From Candidatus Saccharimonadota bacterium (lineage in GTDB: Bacteria; Patescibacteriota; Saccharimonadia; Saccharimonadales; AWTP1-31): DNA of 64,000 nucleotides. The position numbers and the translations under genes are program-made. Of the stretch, positions 18,875 through 28,345 are shown piece after piece. Positions within the stretch are counted from its first letter, which is position 1; the number at the start of each line of letters is the position of its first letter. The stretch spans positions 50,890-114,889 of the forward strand of contig RXKC01000003.1 of assembly GCA_003962975.1 (NCBI GenBank), written 5' to 3'. The notes below the pieces were generated by a model, which searched no databases, was not told the origin of the DNA, and saw nothing but the letters and a program-made list of their open reading frames with translations.

Positions 18875-19047
18875 AAATCCTCGTGACCACAATCTACAAC
18901 TAGTAGTTCTTTCGGAACGTTCACGCGCGGGTAGCCGCCCGCCTGAACTGCACTAAAGTATCGCATTTCCGCGGTTGGCTACACCGGCTTCACTTAGATT
19001 CCTCAAGAATCTACTAATTGTAGCTTTCGCAAGGCTTTGTACAGCTG

Positions 19048-19563
19048 CTAGGCGGCAGAGGTTTGTTCTGGGGTGATCATGACGGTAGCGACTTCACCAG
19101 TTATATCTTTGGCTGGTAACGTAATCGTTACTGTCGTACCGGTACCAAGCTTGCTGCGGATTGCGATGGTACCACCCAACTTATCAAGGATAACCTTGTT
19201 GGTGTACAGACCAAGCCCAATACCTTCGTAATTGTACTGCATGGATTCAGTGCCGCGTACGAATGGCTTGAGCAGACTTGGTAGCTTCTGCTCAGATATA
19301 CCGACGCCTTGGTCACTGACAGTCAAAACAACTTTGTTAAATCGTTTGAAGAGATTCACTTGTACGGTACCGCCCTCTTTACTGAATTTAGCGGCGTTGT
19401 CTACCAACGAATCGATCAGCTGCTTAATCTCTTCCAGTTCTTTGACCCAGCCAACCAAAAACTCCCGTACACCCTCATTCAGGACTTTACGTCGGTACTT
19501 GGTCGGCCACACAAGATGGTAGTCACAGTAGAAGACCGCATGATCCATTCGTCGATACTTCAT
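19048..19563 (-). pseudogene. chimeric ORF: IS200/IS605 TnpA N-terminal ~45 aa fused in frame to the HATPase_c end of a histidine kinase
   Basis: MKYRRMDHAVFYCDYHLVWPTKYRRKVLNEGVREFLVGWVKELEEI is the Y1-transposase N-terminus and lacks the HUH motif and catalytic Tyr. It continues as LVDNAAKFSKEGG...DQGVGISEQ...GIGLGLYTNK...GTGTTVTITLP (N, G1 and G2 boxes). There is no HisKA or phospho-acceptor His. Confidence 0.7.
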
Positions 19564-19700
19564 AGGTGGAAGTATGACGTACTCAGTGGAGCCTTAGCAA
19601 CGCCCGGACGAAAGAAGCTGGCGGGGCTTTACAGCCCCGACCTGACGGTCGGGGAAAGTCGCGCCGGGATTATACTGAACTAGCCATTCAATGAAATGCC
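19426..19700 (-). mobile_element. IS200/IS605-family remnant (left-end hairpins plus truncated tnpA)
   Basis: The tnpA-homologous codons span 19426-19563. Upstream, two GC-rich hairpins overlap: GGGGC-TTTACA-GCCCC (19623-19638) and CCCCGACC-TGAC-GGTCGGGG (19635-19654). This resembles the subterminal hairpins of this IS family. No intact transposase or tnpB is present. Confidence 0.45.
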
Positions 19701-19724
19701 TTATGGTAAAAGAAATAGAAAGCG

Positions 19725-21503
19725 TTAGTCGCGTTTGAGCATGACGGTGAAGGCTTCGGCGGGGATGTCGACTTTACCAAATCGCTTGAGTCGCTTCTTG
19801 CCTTTTGCCTGTTTGGCCAGCACTTTCTTTTTTCGTGAGACGTCACCACCGTATAGTCCAGTTGTGACATCTTTACGGTAAGCACTGATATCTTCACGGG
19901 CGATAAACTTACCACCAATACCAGCTTGCAAAGCCACCTGGAAGTTCTGCCTTGGGATAACTTCTTTAAGTTTTTCAACGGTTTCGCGGCCTAAGCGCTG
20001 TGATTCGCTGCGGTGCACCATGACACTTAGCGCTTCAACCATTTCACCGGCAACGTAAAAGTCTACCTTTACCAAGTCTTCGGCACGGTAGTTGTCTAGC
20101 TCGTAGTTAAAGCTACCGTAGCCACTGGTCACACTCTTTAGTTGGTCGTAGAAATCAGTCAAGAGATTTGCCAGCGGAGCTTCGAACGAGACTAATGCCA
20201 GTTGGGCATCAACGTAGCTGAGATTCTTTTGAATGCCCCGCTTGCTAGAGATAAGCTGGATAACACCACCAACGTATTCTTTAGGTACTACCACCTCACC
20301 CTTAATCCAAGGCTCGCGTACCTCAAATATCTTGGCCGGATCAGGCAGATCCGCTGCACTTTTGATGTCGATCTCTTCTTTATTGACAAGCGTAATCTGG
20401 TAATCGGTAGAGGGGTTGGTTATAACCAGGTCTAGGTCGTACTCACGTTCTAATCGCTCGCGCACAATATCCATGTGCAGTAAGCCTAAAAAGCCTACCC
20501 TCACACCAAAGCCTAGTACTGGCGAATTCTCTGGCGTAAATTGCAGAGCCGAGTCACTAAGCGATAGTTTTTCGATAGCATCCTTCAGTAGCTGGTAGTT
20601 CTCGTTACTGTCCGGGAAAAAGCCGGCATACACAAACGGCCGAACATCTTTATATCCAGGTAGCGGTTGTGTAGCAGGTCTTTTCGTTAGTGTAACGGTA
20701 TCGCCAACTTTTGCTTCTCGAGTACTCCGCAGGTTAGTTACGACATAGCCAATTTCTCCAGTTGCGAGTTCTGGGAAGGGCTTCATTTCAGGATTTAAGC
20801 TCCCAACTTCGAGCGCAATGCCGCCTGCACCAGTTGCCATCATGGTTATTTCACTACCCTTGGCAATGGCACCATCCATAACCCGCACATACAACACTAC
20901 TCCCCGGTAATCATCATAGTAACTATCAAAGATCAGGGCACGGGTAGGTGCCTCGGCATCACCCGAAGGTGCTGGCACTACATCAATAACTCGCTCCAGT
21001 ACTGCCCCAACACCCTGCCCCGTTTTGGCGCTAATATGCAGGATATCTTCTTTACTACAGCCAAGCAGCGAGATAACCTCGGCACTTACGCGCTCTACGT
21101 CTGCCGCAGGCAAGTCAATCTTGTTTAGAACGGGAATAATAGTCAGGTCTGCTGCCATGGCTAGGTAGACGTTAGCGAGGGTCTGGGCTTGGATACCCTG
21201 GCTGGCGTCAACAACCAAGATTGCTCCTTCACACGCCTCAAGGCTACGTGACACCTCGTAACTAAAGTCAACGTGACCAGGTGTATCGATCAGGTTCAGC
21301 TCAACTCCCTGGTACTGCATACGTACCGGGGCAAGTTTAATTGTAATTCCCCGCTCCCGCTCTAGATCCATCTTGTCCAGCAGCTGCGATTTCATATCAC
21401 GTTTCTGGACAGTACCAGTCAGCTCCAGCAGACGGTCGGCCAGAGTACTTTTGCCATGGTCAATATGAGCGATAATACAGAAGTTTCGAATGTTCGATTG
21501 CAT
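19725..21503 (-). CDS. lepA: translation elongation factor 4 (LepA)
   Basis: IRNFCIIAHIDHGKSTLADR, DTPGHVDF, NKIDL, and the conserved LepA C-terminal domain. Confidence 0.97.
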   Translation of the reverse strand: MQSNIRNFCIIAHIDHGKSTLADRLLELTGTVQKRDMKSQLLDKMDLERERGITIKLAPVRMQYQGVELNLIDTPGHVDFSYEVSRSLEACEGAILVVDASQGIQAQTLANVYLAMAADLTIIPVLNKIDLPAADVERVSAEVISLLGCSKEDILHISAKTGQGVGAVLERVIDVVPAPSGDAEAPTRALIFDSYYDDYRGVVLYVRVMDGAIAKGSEITMMATGAGGIALEVGSLNPEMKPFPELATGEIGYVVTNLRSTREAKVGDTVTLTKRPATQPLPGYKDVRPFVYAGFFPDSNENYQLLKDAIEKLSLSDSALQFTPENSPVLGFGVRVGFLGLLHMDIVRERLEREYDLDLVITNPSTDYQITLVNKEEIDIKSAADLPDPAKIFEVREPWIKGEVVVPKEYVGGVIQLISSKRGIQKNLSYVDAQLALVSFEAPLANLLTDFYDQLKSVTSGYGSFNYELDNYRAEDLVKVDFYVAGEMVEALSVMVHRSESQRLGRETVEKLKEVIPRQNFQVALQAGIGGKFIAREDISAYRKDVTTGLYGGDVSRKKKVLAKQAKGKKRLKRFGKVDIPAEAFTVMLKRD

Positions 21504-21664
21504 CGCCCTATTATAACAGAGGTGTCGGATGTCTCCGACAGCTTCATATCCCGCATTTAGGGATGAAGATAATATTTACAGTGTGTTTGTTGTGGCGGAC
21601 AATAATAGAATTGTGGTATGTTAATTTGATCCTTTCGTTTGACGCGACGAACCAGACCTCACTC

Positions 21665-21701
21665 ATGAAAAAGCTCCAAACTATACTGAAGCTTGGAGCC
21701 T
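21665..21701 (-). terminator. rho-independent terminator after the 202-aa secreted-protein gene
   Basis: Minus strand: GGCTCCAA-13 nt-TTGGAGCT followed by TTTTT. Confidence 0.6.
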
Positions 21702-21758
21702 TTTCGAAGCAAACGTAAAAGTCAAACTTCAGGGAGCCACACTAGTAGAGCCAGTGGA

Positions 21759-22367
21759 TCACTTGCCGCCGGGGGATTTGCTGGGAGCAGGAGCAGCAGT
21801 ATCGGTAACCTCGTACCACATTTCGTATACATTAACCCAACCAGAGTGAGTTAAATTAGAAACGAACGCTCGACTACCCATTGGATCACTAGCAATTTTC
21901 GTCCAAGCTGAACAATAAGTATTGTATATATTGCTGATATTAACGTGAGTATACGGACCGTTCCAATTACCAATATTCATTTGTACGCTCGTTGAGCTGG
22001 TCGCACCCCTCATGTAGGCGCAGACTCTTGCATCTTTATTGGCCGCCGGAATAAGACTGCCGTCAATCAATATTTGTCCACCCTGTCGAACCTGAAACAC
22101 AAGCTGATTATCTGGCGCTTTGCCAGCTGGCCCGACATTGTCTTGGGTCGTAAATACTGTCGAATTCCATCGATTAGCTCCTACCCCACTACCGCCCGCC
22201 CTGTAACGCACACCTATACCAGCATCTGCGAAGCTTCGGTAAACCATAAAGCCACCACCTACGAGGGCAAAGGCCAAGAGCACCAAAACGCCACGCGTCT
22301 TGGGGGATTTAAAGTTTATTCTACTGAATAAACTTCGTTTTTTTGTTACGGTCTTTTTTGCTGGCAT
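21759..22367 (-). CDS. secreted protein, unknown function (MPxKK...RSFA leader family)
   Basis: The leader MPAKKTVTKKRSLFSRINFKSPKTRGVLVLLAFALVGGGFMVYRSFA is paralogous to that of the 24207-25247 gene. The protein has a Pro-rich C-terminal tail. Confidence 0.6.
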   Translation of the reverse strand: MPAKKTVTKKRSLFSRINFKSPKTRGVLVLLAFALVGGGFMVYRSFADAGIGVRYRAGGSGVGANRWNSTVFTTQDNVGPAGKAPDNQLVFQVRQGGQILIDGSLIPAANKDARVCAYMRGATSSTSVQMNIGNWNGPYTHVNISNIYNTYCSAWTKIASDPMGSRAFVSNLTHSGWVNVYEMWYEVTDTAAPAPSKSPGGK

Positions 22368-22475
22368 AAGAATATGCTCCTATTGTTTTTTGATAGATCT
22401 CAAGAATGTAACATTACCATAAACGGTTTGCAAGACTAAACCGTGGACTTATCCACAGACACCTTCTCTTCTTGA

Positions 22476-24083
22476 CTACGTTTCTATCTTAATTGGACGC
22501 AATATGAGCCGGCCAAGTTGCTTGAGCTTCCCAATAATTGGTCGTGCCTCTTCTAGATCAAAGAGTGACGATAGACCAAGATGTACCGAGAATGTGACGA
22601 TAGAAATGAGGCTCAGTTTTACGCCTAGAGTAATAAAACCAGTGTCATTAATATTGAGCGGAAACAGGCTTACCATGGTAAAGGCTGTGACAACCGTAAA
22701 ACCCGTAATTGAAATGATGCGTCCGACACCACCAAAGAACCGTATATCAAACAGCTTGGGATCTCGTATGAGCATAATGATCGTAAGGATAAATAACTGG
22801 CAAGCGGCTACGATTGATTCGGCGAGCGCAATGCCCGTAATGCCATAACTCTCTGGTTTAGCAAGATGCATGACCAGTATCACGTTAAGTCCGATAGCAA
22901 ACAGCGAGTCAATGAGTGGTGTCCAGGTGTCTTTTTGAGCATAAAAGTAACGCGACACAATGGTATACAACGTTCGGAAGAATATCGCGCCTGTCAAAAA
23001 TCCAAAGATCGCGGCGATTTCTGGCGCATTTCGGCTAAAGATCATACGAGCTAAATAACCACGTCCGAAGAAACAAATAACCACCACTGGGGTAGCAATC
23101 CATATGATCACGCGTAGTATTTGCAAAAACTCACGCCGGAACTCTTCCATACGGCCGTGCGACACACTGTTATTAAAATGAGGAAACACTGCAGAACTAA
23201 TGGCCGTACCAATTAACAGGGTCGGGGCCGTGTGAAGCGTGTAGGCATTTTCATAAAACGTAATATAGCCTGTGCCAAGACGCCTGGCATAGTTGGTATG
23301 AACAATACTGTTAATCGACATGATGCCCTGGTCAATCGACCGGGGGGGTAACTGTCGCAGAATCTTGCGAAAATCAGGTTTATTAAAATCAATGAAGCGA
23401 CGGTACGTAAAGTTAAGTCCAGCCAGCCCAGCAATCGCAATGCCTAGTTGCAATAACGCACCAACAAGGGCGCCGATGCCAAGACCAATGAGCCCTAAGT
23501 TGTCCCGGAAAATAAAGATACTGACAATAATTGAAAGGTTATATACTAGCGGCGCAACTGCGTAGAAAAAAAAACGACCAAAGGTTTGTTGGACACTGTT
23601 TAATACACCCCCGATCGTGAACAGGAGGGGGTTAAAGGCGATAAGACGCATAATAGTGACCGCATTGTGCATCTGTTCAGGACTGAGGCTAGGAGCCACA
23701 AGATGATGAATCAGCGGTTTTGCAAACACAAAAATAACCACCCCAAAAACAGCCATGATAATCGCCAGTAGGTTGAGTAGACTAGTCGAGAGTTCCCACA
23801 CGCCCTTTTTGTCGTGCTTCGCCAAATGGTCAGCCAGAACTGGCATAAAGGCTACGCCCAACGCACCTGCCGCAATCGTAAAGTAAAAGAAATCAGGAAT
23901 TTTAAATGCTGCAAAGAAGGCGTCAGTACTGCCCCCACCCGTCGCTGGGAAGTTGGCATTAACCAGCTTAACTCGCAAGAAACCAAGTAATTGCCCCAGC
24001 AAAGAAGAAGCGGCCAACAGTGCCGCGGCGTTGCCAAGCGAAAGCCGGGTATTTGCACGTCTAAGAATTCGTCTCACTACCAA
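22476..24083 (-). CDS. murJ: lipid II flippase MurJ (MviN family)
   Basis: 535 aa with ~14 TM segments. The N-terminus reads LGNAAALLAASSLLGQLLGFLRVKLVNANF and is followed by DAFFAAFKIPDFFY, typical of MurJ. Confidence 0.85.
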   Translation of the reverse strand: MVVRRILRRANTRLSLGNAAALLAASSLLGQLLGFLRVKLVNANFPATGGGSTDAFFAAFKIPDFFYFTIAAGALGVAFMPVLADHLAKHDKKGVWELSTSLLNLLAIIMAVFGVVIFVFAKPLIHHLVAPSLSPEQMHNAVTIMRLIAFNPLLFTIGGVLNSVQQTFGRFFFYAVAPLVYNLSIIVSIFIFRDNLGLIGLGIGALVGALLQLGIAIAGLAGLNFTYRRFIDFNKPDFRKILRQLPPRSIDQGIMSINSIVHTNYARRLGTGYITFYENAYTLHTAPTLLIGTAISSAVFPHFNNSVSHGRMEEFRREFLQILRVIIWIATPVVVICFFGRGYLARMIFSRNAPEIAAIFGFLTGAIFFRTLYTIVSRYFYAQKDTWTPLIDSLFAIGLNVILVMHLAKPESYGITGIALAESIVAACQLFILTIIMLIRDPKLFDIRFFGGVGRIISITGFTVVTAFTMVSLFPLNINDTGFITLGVKLSLISIVTFSVHLGLSSLFDLEEARPIIGKLKQLGRLILRPIKIET

Positions 24084-24206
24084 CCATTATAGACCGCGGG
24101 TTGGGTCTCTGCTAGCCAAAATATGCTTCAGAAATATGATTTATCCACACAACAGAAATGTTGCTGACGCGAATCTTTTCGTCCGGACAGCTATCCTGCT
24201 CCGCTA

Positions 24207-25247
24207 CTATTTTACTGGTGGCGGAGTGGGGGCTGGGGTTGTCGTCGAACCGACCGGCTCTAGGAACATAGAACTTATCTGAAGCGCAGAACCACCGTCG
24301 CCACCGTAATGTGCCGCACTAAGTGACCATGACTGATTTGGAACGACAACATCGATAGCCCCAGCACAATACTTACTATATGTAGTCCCGGCGGGTACTT
24401 TGTGATACACGACATCACCACCACTAGGGCTCAACAAGAACGTGCTCGATCCTCCCGTTGATTTTGCAAGAGCACACGTCCTGTATTGGCCTTTGTTTTG
24501 TATGTTGAAGTTCTTGCCTTGAAGTACGCTGCCCGAAGTTGTCATTTGATATACCTTAGCCCCGGCACTATCAGTGACGACCGAACACCCAGCGCTAGTA
24601 TAGGTGACCGTTCCATGGGGTGGAGCGGCGGCACATGACGCATTGCCAGCACTAGCACTCACGGTGTGAACAGCTGTAGTACCTGGGGTTGTTGGTTCTG
24701 TGGCCATCTTTTCAAGAGTTATCCGATTTACTGAAACTGGATTAGAGGTAAGATTCTGTAAGGACCAAGCCCAGTTTGCCGTATTGTCAACCTTGACCCC
24801 CTCAACACATGATCGTGTGTACTGTGAGGCTTGGGGAAGGTCAAAGACTTTAGTCTGGTTAGTAAAGCCAAGCTTTGCAGCACCAGATGCAGCGATATAG
24901 TTAATGCAAAAAAGATATTGCTGATTTGAAGGCGGCTGGTTTTCAGACTCGCTATTATATGCATGTGCACCTTTTGTCGGGAAATTAATTACTGATACAG
25001 TACTTTTTCCATCTGGTACATCCTGGAGTACGGCGCCATATTCTGTCCGAAAGAAAGCTGAGTTTATTCGATATTCGTAGTACACACCCCCACTTGTTGC
25101 TGCGAAGCTACGGAATACCATAACACCTCCGCCAATAACTACGAATGCCATAACGCTGGCAACTAGTTTAGATTTTTTCGTACTGAGCTTAAATCTTGCG
25201 AGTAATGATTGCTGCTTGACGTTGGCAGAAGATTTTTTTATGGGCAT
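24207..25247 (-). CDS. secreted Cys-containing protein, unknown function (MPxKK...RSFA leader family)
   Basis: Leader MPIKKSSANVKQQSLLARFKLSTKKSKLVASVMAFVVIGGGVMVFRSFAAT. There are at least 8 Cys residues in the mature part and a TTTPAPTPPPVK tail. Confidence 0.6.
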   Translation of the reverse strand: MPIKKSSANVKQQSLLARFKLSTKKSKLVASVMAFVVIGGGVMVFRSFAATSGGVYYEYRINSAFFRTEYGAVLQDVPDGKSTVSVINFPTKGAHAYNSESENQPPSNQQYLFCINYIAASGAAKLGFTNQTKVFDLPQASQYTRSCVEGVKVDNTANWAWSLQNLTSNPVSVNRITLEKMATEPTTPGTTAVHTVSASAGNASCAAAPPHGTVTYTSAGCSVVTDSAGAKVYQMTTSGSVLQGKNFNIQNKGQYRTCALAKSTGGSSTFLLSPSGGDVVYHKVPAGTTYSKYCAGAIDVVVPNQSWSLSAAHYGGDGGSALQISSMFLEPVGSTTTPAPTPPPVK

Positions 25248-25334
25248 GTTCTATCCTCGTTTATGGCTTAAGCATTATGATAGCACACCATAAGTACAAT
25301 GGTTAAACAGATTGTCTCTGCGGATCTTTATGTT

Positions 25335-27200
25335 CTAGAGTTGGGCAGTAGCTGGCATTTTGGTGCCTTCGAGTACTTCGAGGACTTCTTCGGCTTCAAC
25401 AGTCTCTTTCTTGAGCAAGCGGTCTTTCAGCTCTTCGAGTTTACCGCGGTTAGCCTTGATAACTTCACGAGCTCGGCGAGCAGCCTCGGTAATAAGACTT
25501 TCGACTTCGTCGTCAATAATCTTGGCAGTTTCATCCGAATAACGACGCTCATGAATCATACGTTCCATCATCAGACCTTCGTCAACATGGAATACTTGAT
25601 CACGCAGTTTGGTGCCCATGCCTTGATTTACTACCATATCACGAGCTAACTCTGCTGCTGTTTGTAGGTCACTACCAGCACCTGTAGTCACACGGTCAGC
25701 ACCATAAATAACTTCTTCGGCAATACGACCGCCTAAAGCACGTGCCAAAACGTCTTTGAATTCACGGATACTGTGGTAACTCTTATCTTCGGCTGGGATA
25801 GACCAGGTAACACCACCGGTACGGCCGCGTGGAATGATTGTTACCTTGTGAATAGGGTCGCTGTCTGGCAGAACGTGACCAACCAAGGCGTGGCCGGCTT
25901 CGTGATAGGCGGTGATCTCTTTTTCTTTTTCATTCATGACCTTGCTCTTACGCTCAGGGCCAATGGCAACTTTTTCGAAGGCACCTGTTACGTCCGCTTG
26001 AGTAATTTCTTTGCGGTTATTACGAGCAGCGATAATGGCTGACTCGTTGGCAATGTTCATCAGATCCGCACCAGATGAACCAGCGGTTTTGGCAGCTAGA
26101 GCGTCGAGGTTAACATTTTTAGCCAATGGCTTTTTCTCGAAGTGAATCTTGAGGATTGCTTCGCGGTCTTTACGGTCAGGTAGATCAATACTCACTTTAC
26201 GATCAAAACGACCTGGTCGCTGCAAGGCAGCATCGAGCACATCTGCCCGGTTAGTAGCGGCCAGCACGATAACATTCGTCCCCTGCTCGAAGCCGTCCAT
26301 TTCTACCAGGATTTGGTTGAGCGTCTGTTCACGTTCGTCGTGTCCACCACCCATACCACTACCTCGCTTACGTCCGACTGCATCGATTTCGTCGATAAAG
26401 ATAATACACGGTGCATTCTTTTTAGCCTTAGCAAATAAGTCACGTACGCGTGAAGCACCAACACCCACAAACATTTCTACGAACTCAGAACCAGAAATAC
26501 TAAAGAACGGTGCATTGGCCTCGCCAGCAACAGCTCGCGCCAACATAGTCTTACCAGTACCCGGAGGACCAACCAGCAGCACACCCTTAGGAATCTTGGC
26601 GCCAACTGATTCAAACTTTTTCGGATACTTAAGGAATTCGACTACTTCTTGCAGGTCAATTTTTGCCTCGTCGCTGCCTGCGATGTCTTTAAAGGTAACC
26701 TTATCTTTTTCGTTACCATACAAGCGGGCTTTGCTCTTTCCGAAACTCATTGCCTGATTACCCTGCCCTTGAGCACTCCGAAGCATGAAGAACAACACGA
26801 TACTTATCAAGATTACCGGGATAATGCCGCTGGCCAGGTTGATCCAGAAGCTATTGCCGCCCGTATCGGCTCGGACATCGACGTTGGTGTTGCGATTCGT
26901 GAGACCTTGTTCATAAATACTGCTACCGGCCTCTTTGTTCGATTTCTCGCTCGGCTTGTCTTCGCCCTTTTTGGTTATTTCGAGTGCATTACCTTTTATA
27001 GTAATTTTTTCTATTTCACCCTTGTTGGCGCGTGAGATAACGTCAGAAAACGACACCTGCTTTAGGGTGCTCGGCTGGCCCAAGGATGCGAAGACAATAA
27101 GCCCCATCAGAATCACCAGGGCAATAAACCCTGCGTTCTTCATTCCTTTTTTATTACCACCACTTGAAACTTGCTTTGAGCGAAAAGATTTTTTATCCAT
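25335..27200 (-). CDS. ftsH: ATP-dependent zinc metalloprotease FtsH
   Basis: Walker A GPPGTGKT, second region of homology, and the HEAGHAL zinc site. Confidence 0.97.
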   Translation of the reverse strand: MDKKSFRSKQVSSGGNKKGMKNAGFIALVILMGLIVFASLGQPSTLKQVSFSDVISRANKGEIEKITIKGNALEITKKGEDKPSEKSNKEAGSSIYEQGLTNRNTNVDVRADTGGNSFWINLASGIIPVILISIVLFFMLRSAQGQGNQAMSFGKSKARLYGNEKDKVTFKDIAGSDEAKIDLQEVVEFLKYPKKFESVGAKIPKGVLLVGPPGTGKTMLARAVAGEANAPFFSISGSEFVEMFVGVGASRVRDLFAKAKKNAPCIIFIDEIDAVGRKRGSGMGGGHDEREQTLNQILVEMDGFEQGTNVIVLAATNRADVLDAALQRPGRFDRKVSIDLPDRKDREAILKIHFEKKPLAKNVNLDALAAKTAGSSGADLMNIANESAIIAARNNRKEITQADVTGAFEKVAIGPERKSKVMNEKEKEITAYHEAGHALVGHVLPDSDPIHKVTIIPRGRTGGVTWSIPAEDKSYHSIREFKDVLARALGGRIAEEVIYGADRVTTGAGSDLQTAAELARDMVVNQGMGTKLRDQVFHVDEGLMMERMIHERRYSDETAKIIDDEVESLITEAARRAREVIKANRGKLEELKDRLLKKETVEAEEVLEVLEGTKMPATAQL

Positions 27201-27413
27201 GTTCCCTTAGTATACCCGAGTTGTTTGGCCTGTTCCAGCCTAGCGAGTGCGCAGCACTACAGTGGCAACTGTGCCTGCACTCTCTTTTAAGGTTAGATAA
27301 ATTCAGTTACTTCATAACCAGATGAGTACAGATATCTTCATAGTTAAATGTGCAGTTCTTCTCCTTAAAAAACATACCCTGACGAAGAAATTATCCGAAT
27401 AGAGATATACTTG

Positions 27414-28298
27414 CTAATTCACGATCAGTACTATTGTCTCGCGGCCCATACGCAAATGGTGCGAACGGTCGATCGCAATCTGCTTGCCTGGCGCCAGTGT
27501 TTTTGCCTTTGAGACCAGTTGTTCAAGCAGTTTTTTATCAAACGAAATGTGGTGGCTGCGCAACCACTGCGCCATAACCTCTAGCGCCACCGCGTGCGGC
27601 AATAGTATGAACTGATGCCTATCGAGTGACTGGCGCGACGGTTGTATATGCAGATACACCAAAAGATCTTTGTCTATTGCCCTATTCAGAACCGACATAT
27701 GCGAAACATGGGTCAATAACGTATGTTTGGCTTCGCGCCCCATCTTCGGTAATAGCACGCGGCGAATATAATTACGCAGCAGTGTCAGATCTTGGTTAGT
27801 GCTATCTTCTCGCCAGACTAGACCCTGGTCTTTGGCATACGCCTGCAGGTCGCTCTTTGGCACCGTCAAAAGAGGTCGAACGAGATGACGGTGACTCTGC
27901 AACGAAGACATGCCCCGCCTGCCCGTTCCGCGCAGCATGTTAATGATAGCTGTCTCAAGCACATCATCCTGATGGTGAGCCGTAATAATCGCCTGTGCCT
28001 GACTGGCGCGCTGGACTTGCCGTAAAAACGCATACCGCGCTAAGCGAGCCGCCTCCTCACTGGTACCTGCCCCAAGGTTACCTTGGTGATAGACAAAAGG
28101 CAGGCCATACTGCCGTGCCAATTTTTGTACAAGCTCTCTGTCTAGGCTGGAGTCACCACGGATACCATGGTCAAAATGAGCTACCGTAAGCTTTAGTCCG
28201 GGCGTTTTACTGAGTATATCGAGTAGCGCCACCGAATCAACCCCGCCCGAGACAGCGACGACATATCGCCCAGGTTCAATATCCACCCTCATATGCAT
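27414..28298 (-). CDS. tilS: tRNA(Ile)-lysidine synthase (short form)
   Basis: PP-loop VAVSGGVDSVALLD, and HFDHGIRG...ITAHHQDD. Confidence 0.9.
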   Translation of the reverse strand: MHMRVDIEPGRYVVAVSGGVDSVALLDILSKTPGLKLTVAHFDHGIRGDSSLDRELVQKLARQYGLPFVYHQGNLGAGTSEEAARLARYAFLRQVQRASQAQAIITAHHQDDVLETAIINMLRGTGRRGMSSLQSHRHLVRPLLTVPKSDLQAYAKDQGLVWREDSTNQDLTLLRNYIRRVLLPKMGREAKHTLLTHVSHMSVLNRAIDKDLLVYLHIQPSRQSLDRHQFILLPHAVALEVMAQWLRSHHISFDKKLLEQLVSKAKTLAPGKQIAIDRSHHLRMGRETIVLIVN

Positions 28299-28345
28299 TT
28301 ATAATACACGGTTACTCAGCGATTTTGCCCTACTCAACTAACTGC

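Noticed and set aside
18981-18992. Minus-strand GCCGGTGTAGCC, identical to the 5' end of the tRNA-Met gene, suggesting a tRNA or tRNA fragment.
   Set aside because: There is no complementary 3' acceptor strand, no T-arm (GTTCNANNC) and no anticodon arm, so no cloverleaf can be formed.
26149-26757. 202-aa plus-strand ORF.
   Set aside because: It is antisense to the ftsH AAA+ core. It has no RBS and its composition is typical of a shadow frame.
27201-27413. GAGTGC ... GCACTC imperfect palindrome in the tilS-ftsH gap, considered as a fifth CIRCE or an hpt remnant.
   Set aside because: The half-sites are not spaced 9 nt apart and do not match TTAGCACTC. No translated frame resembles Hpt.
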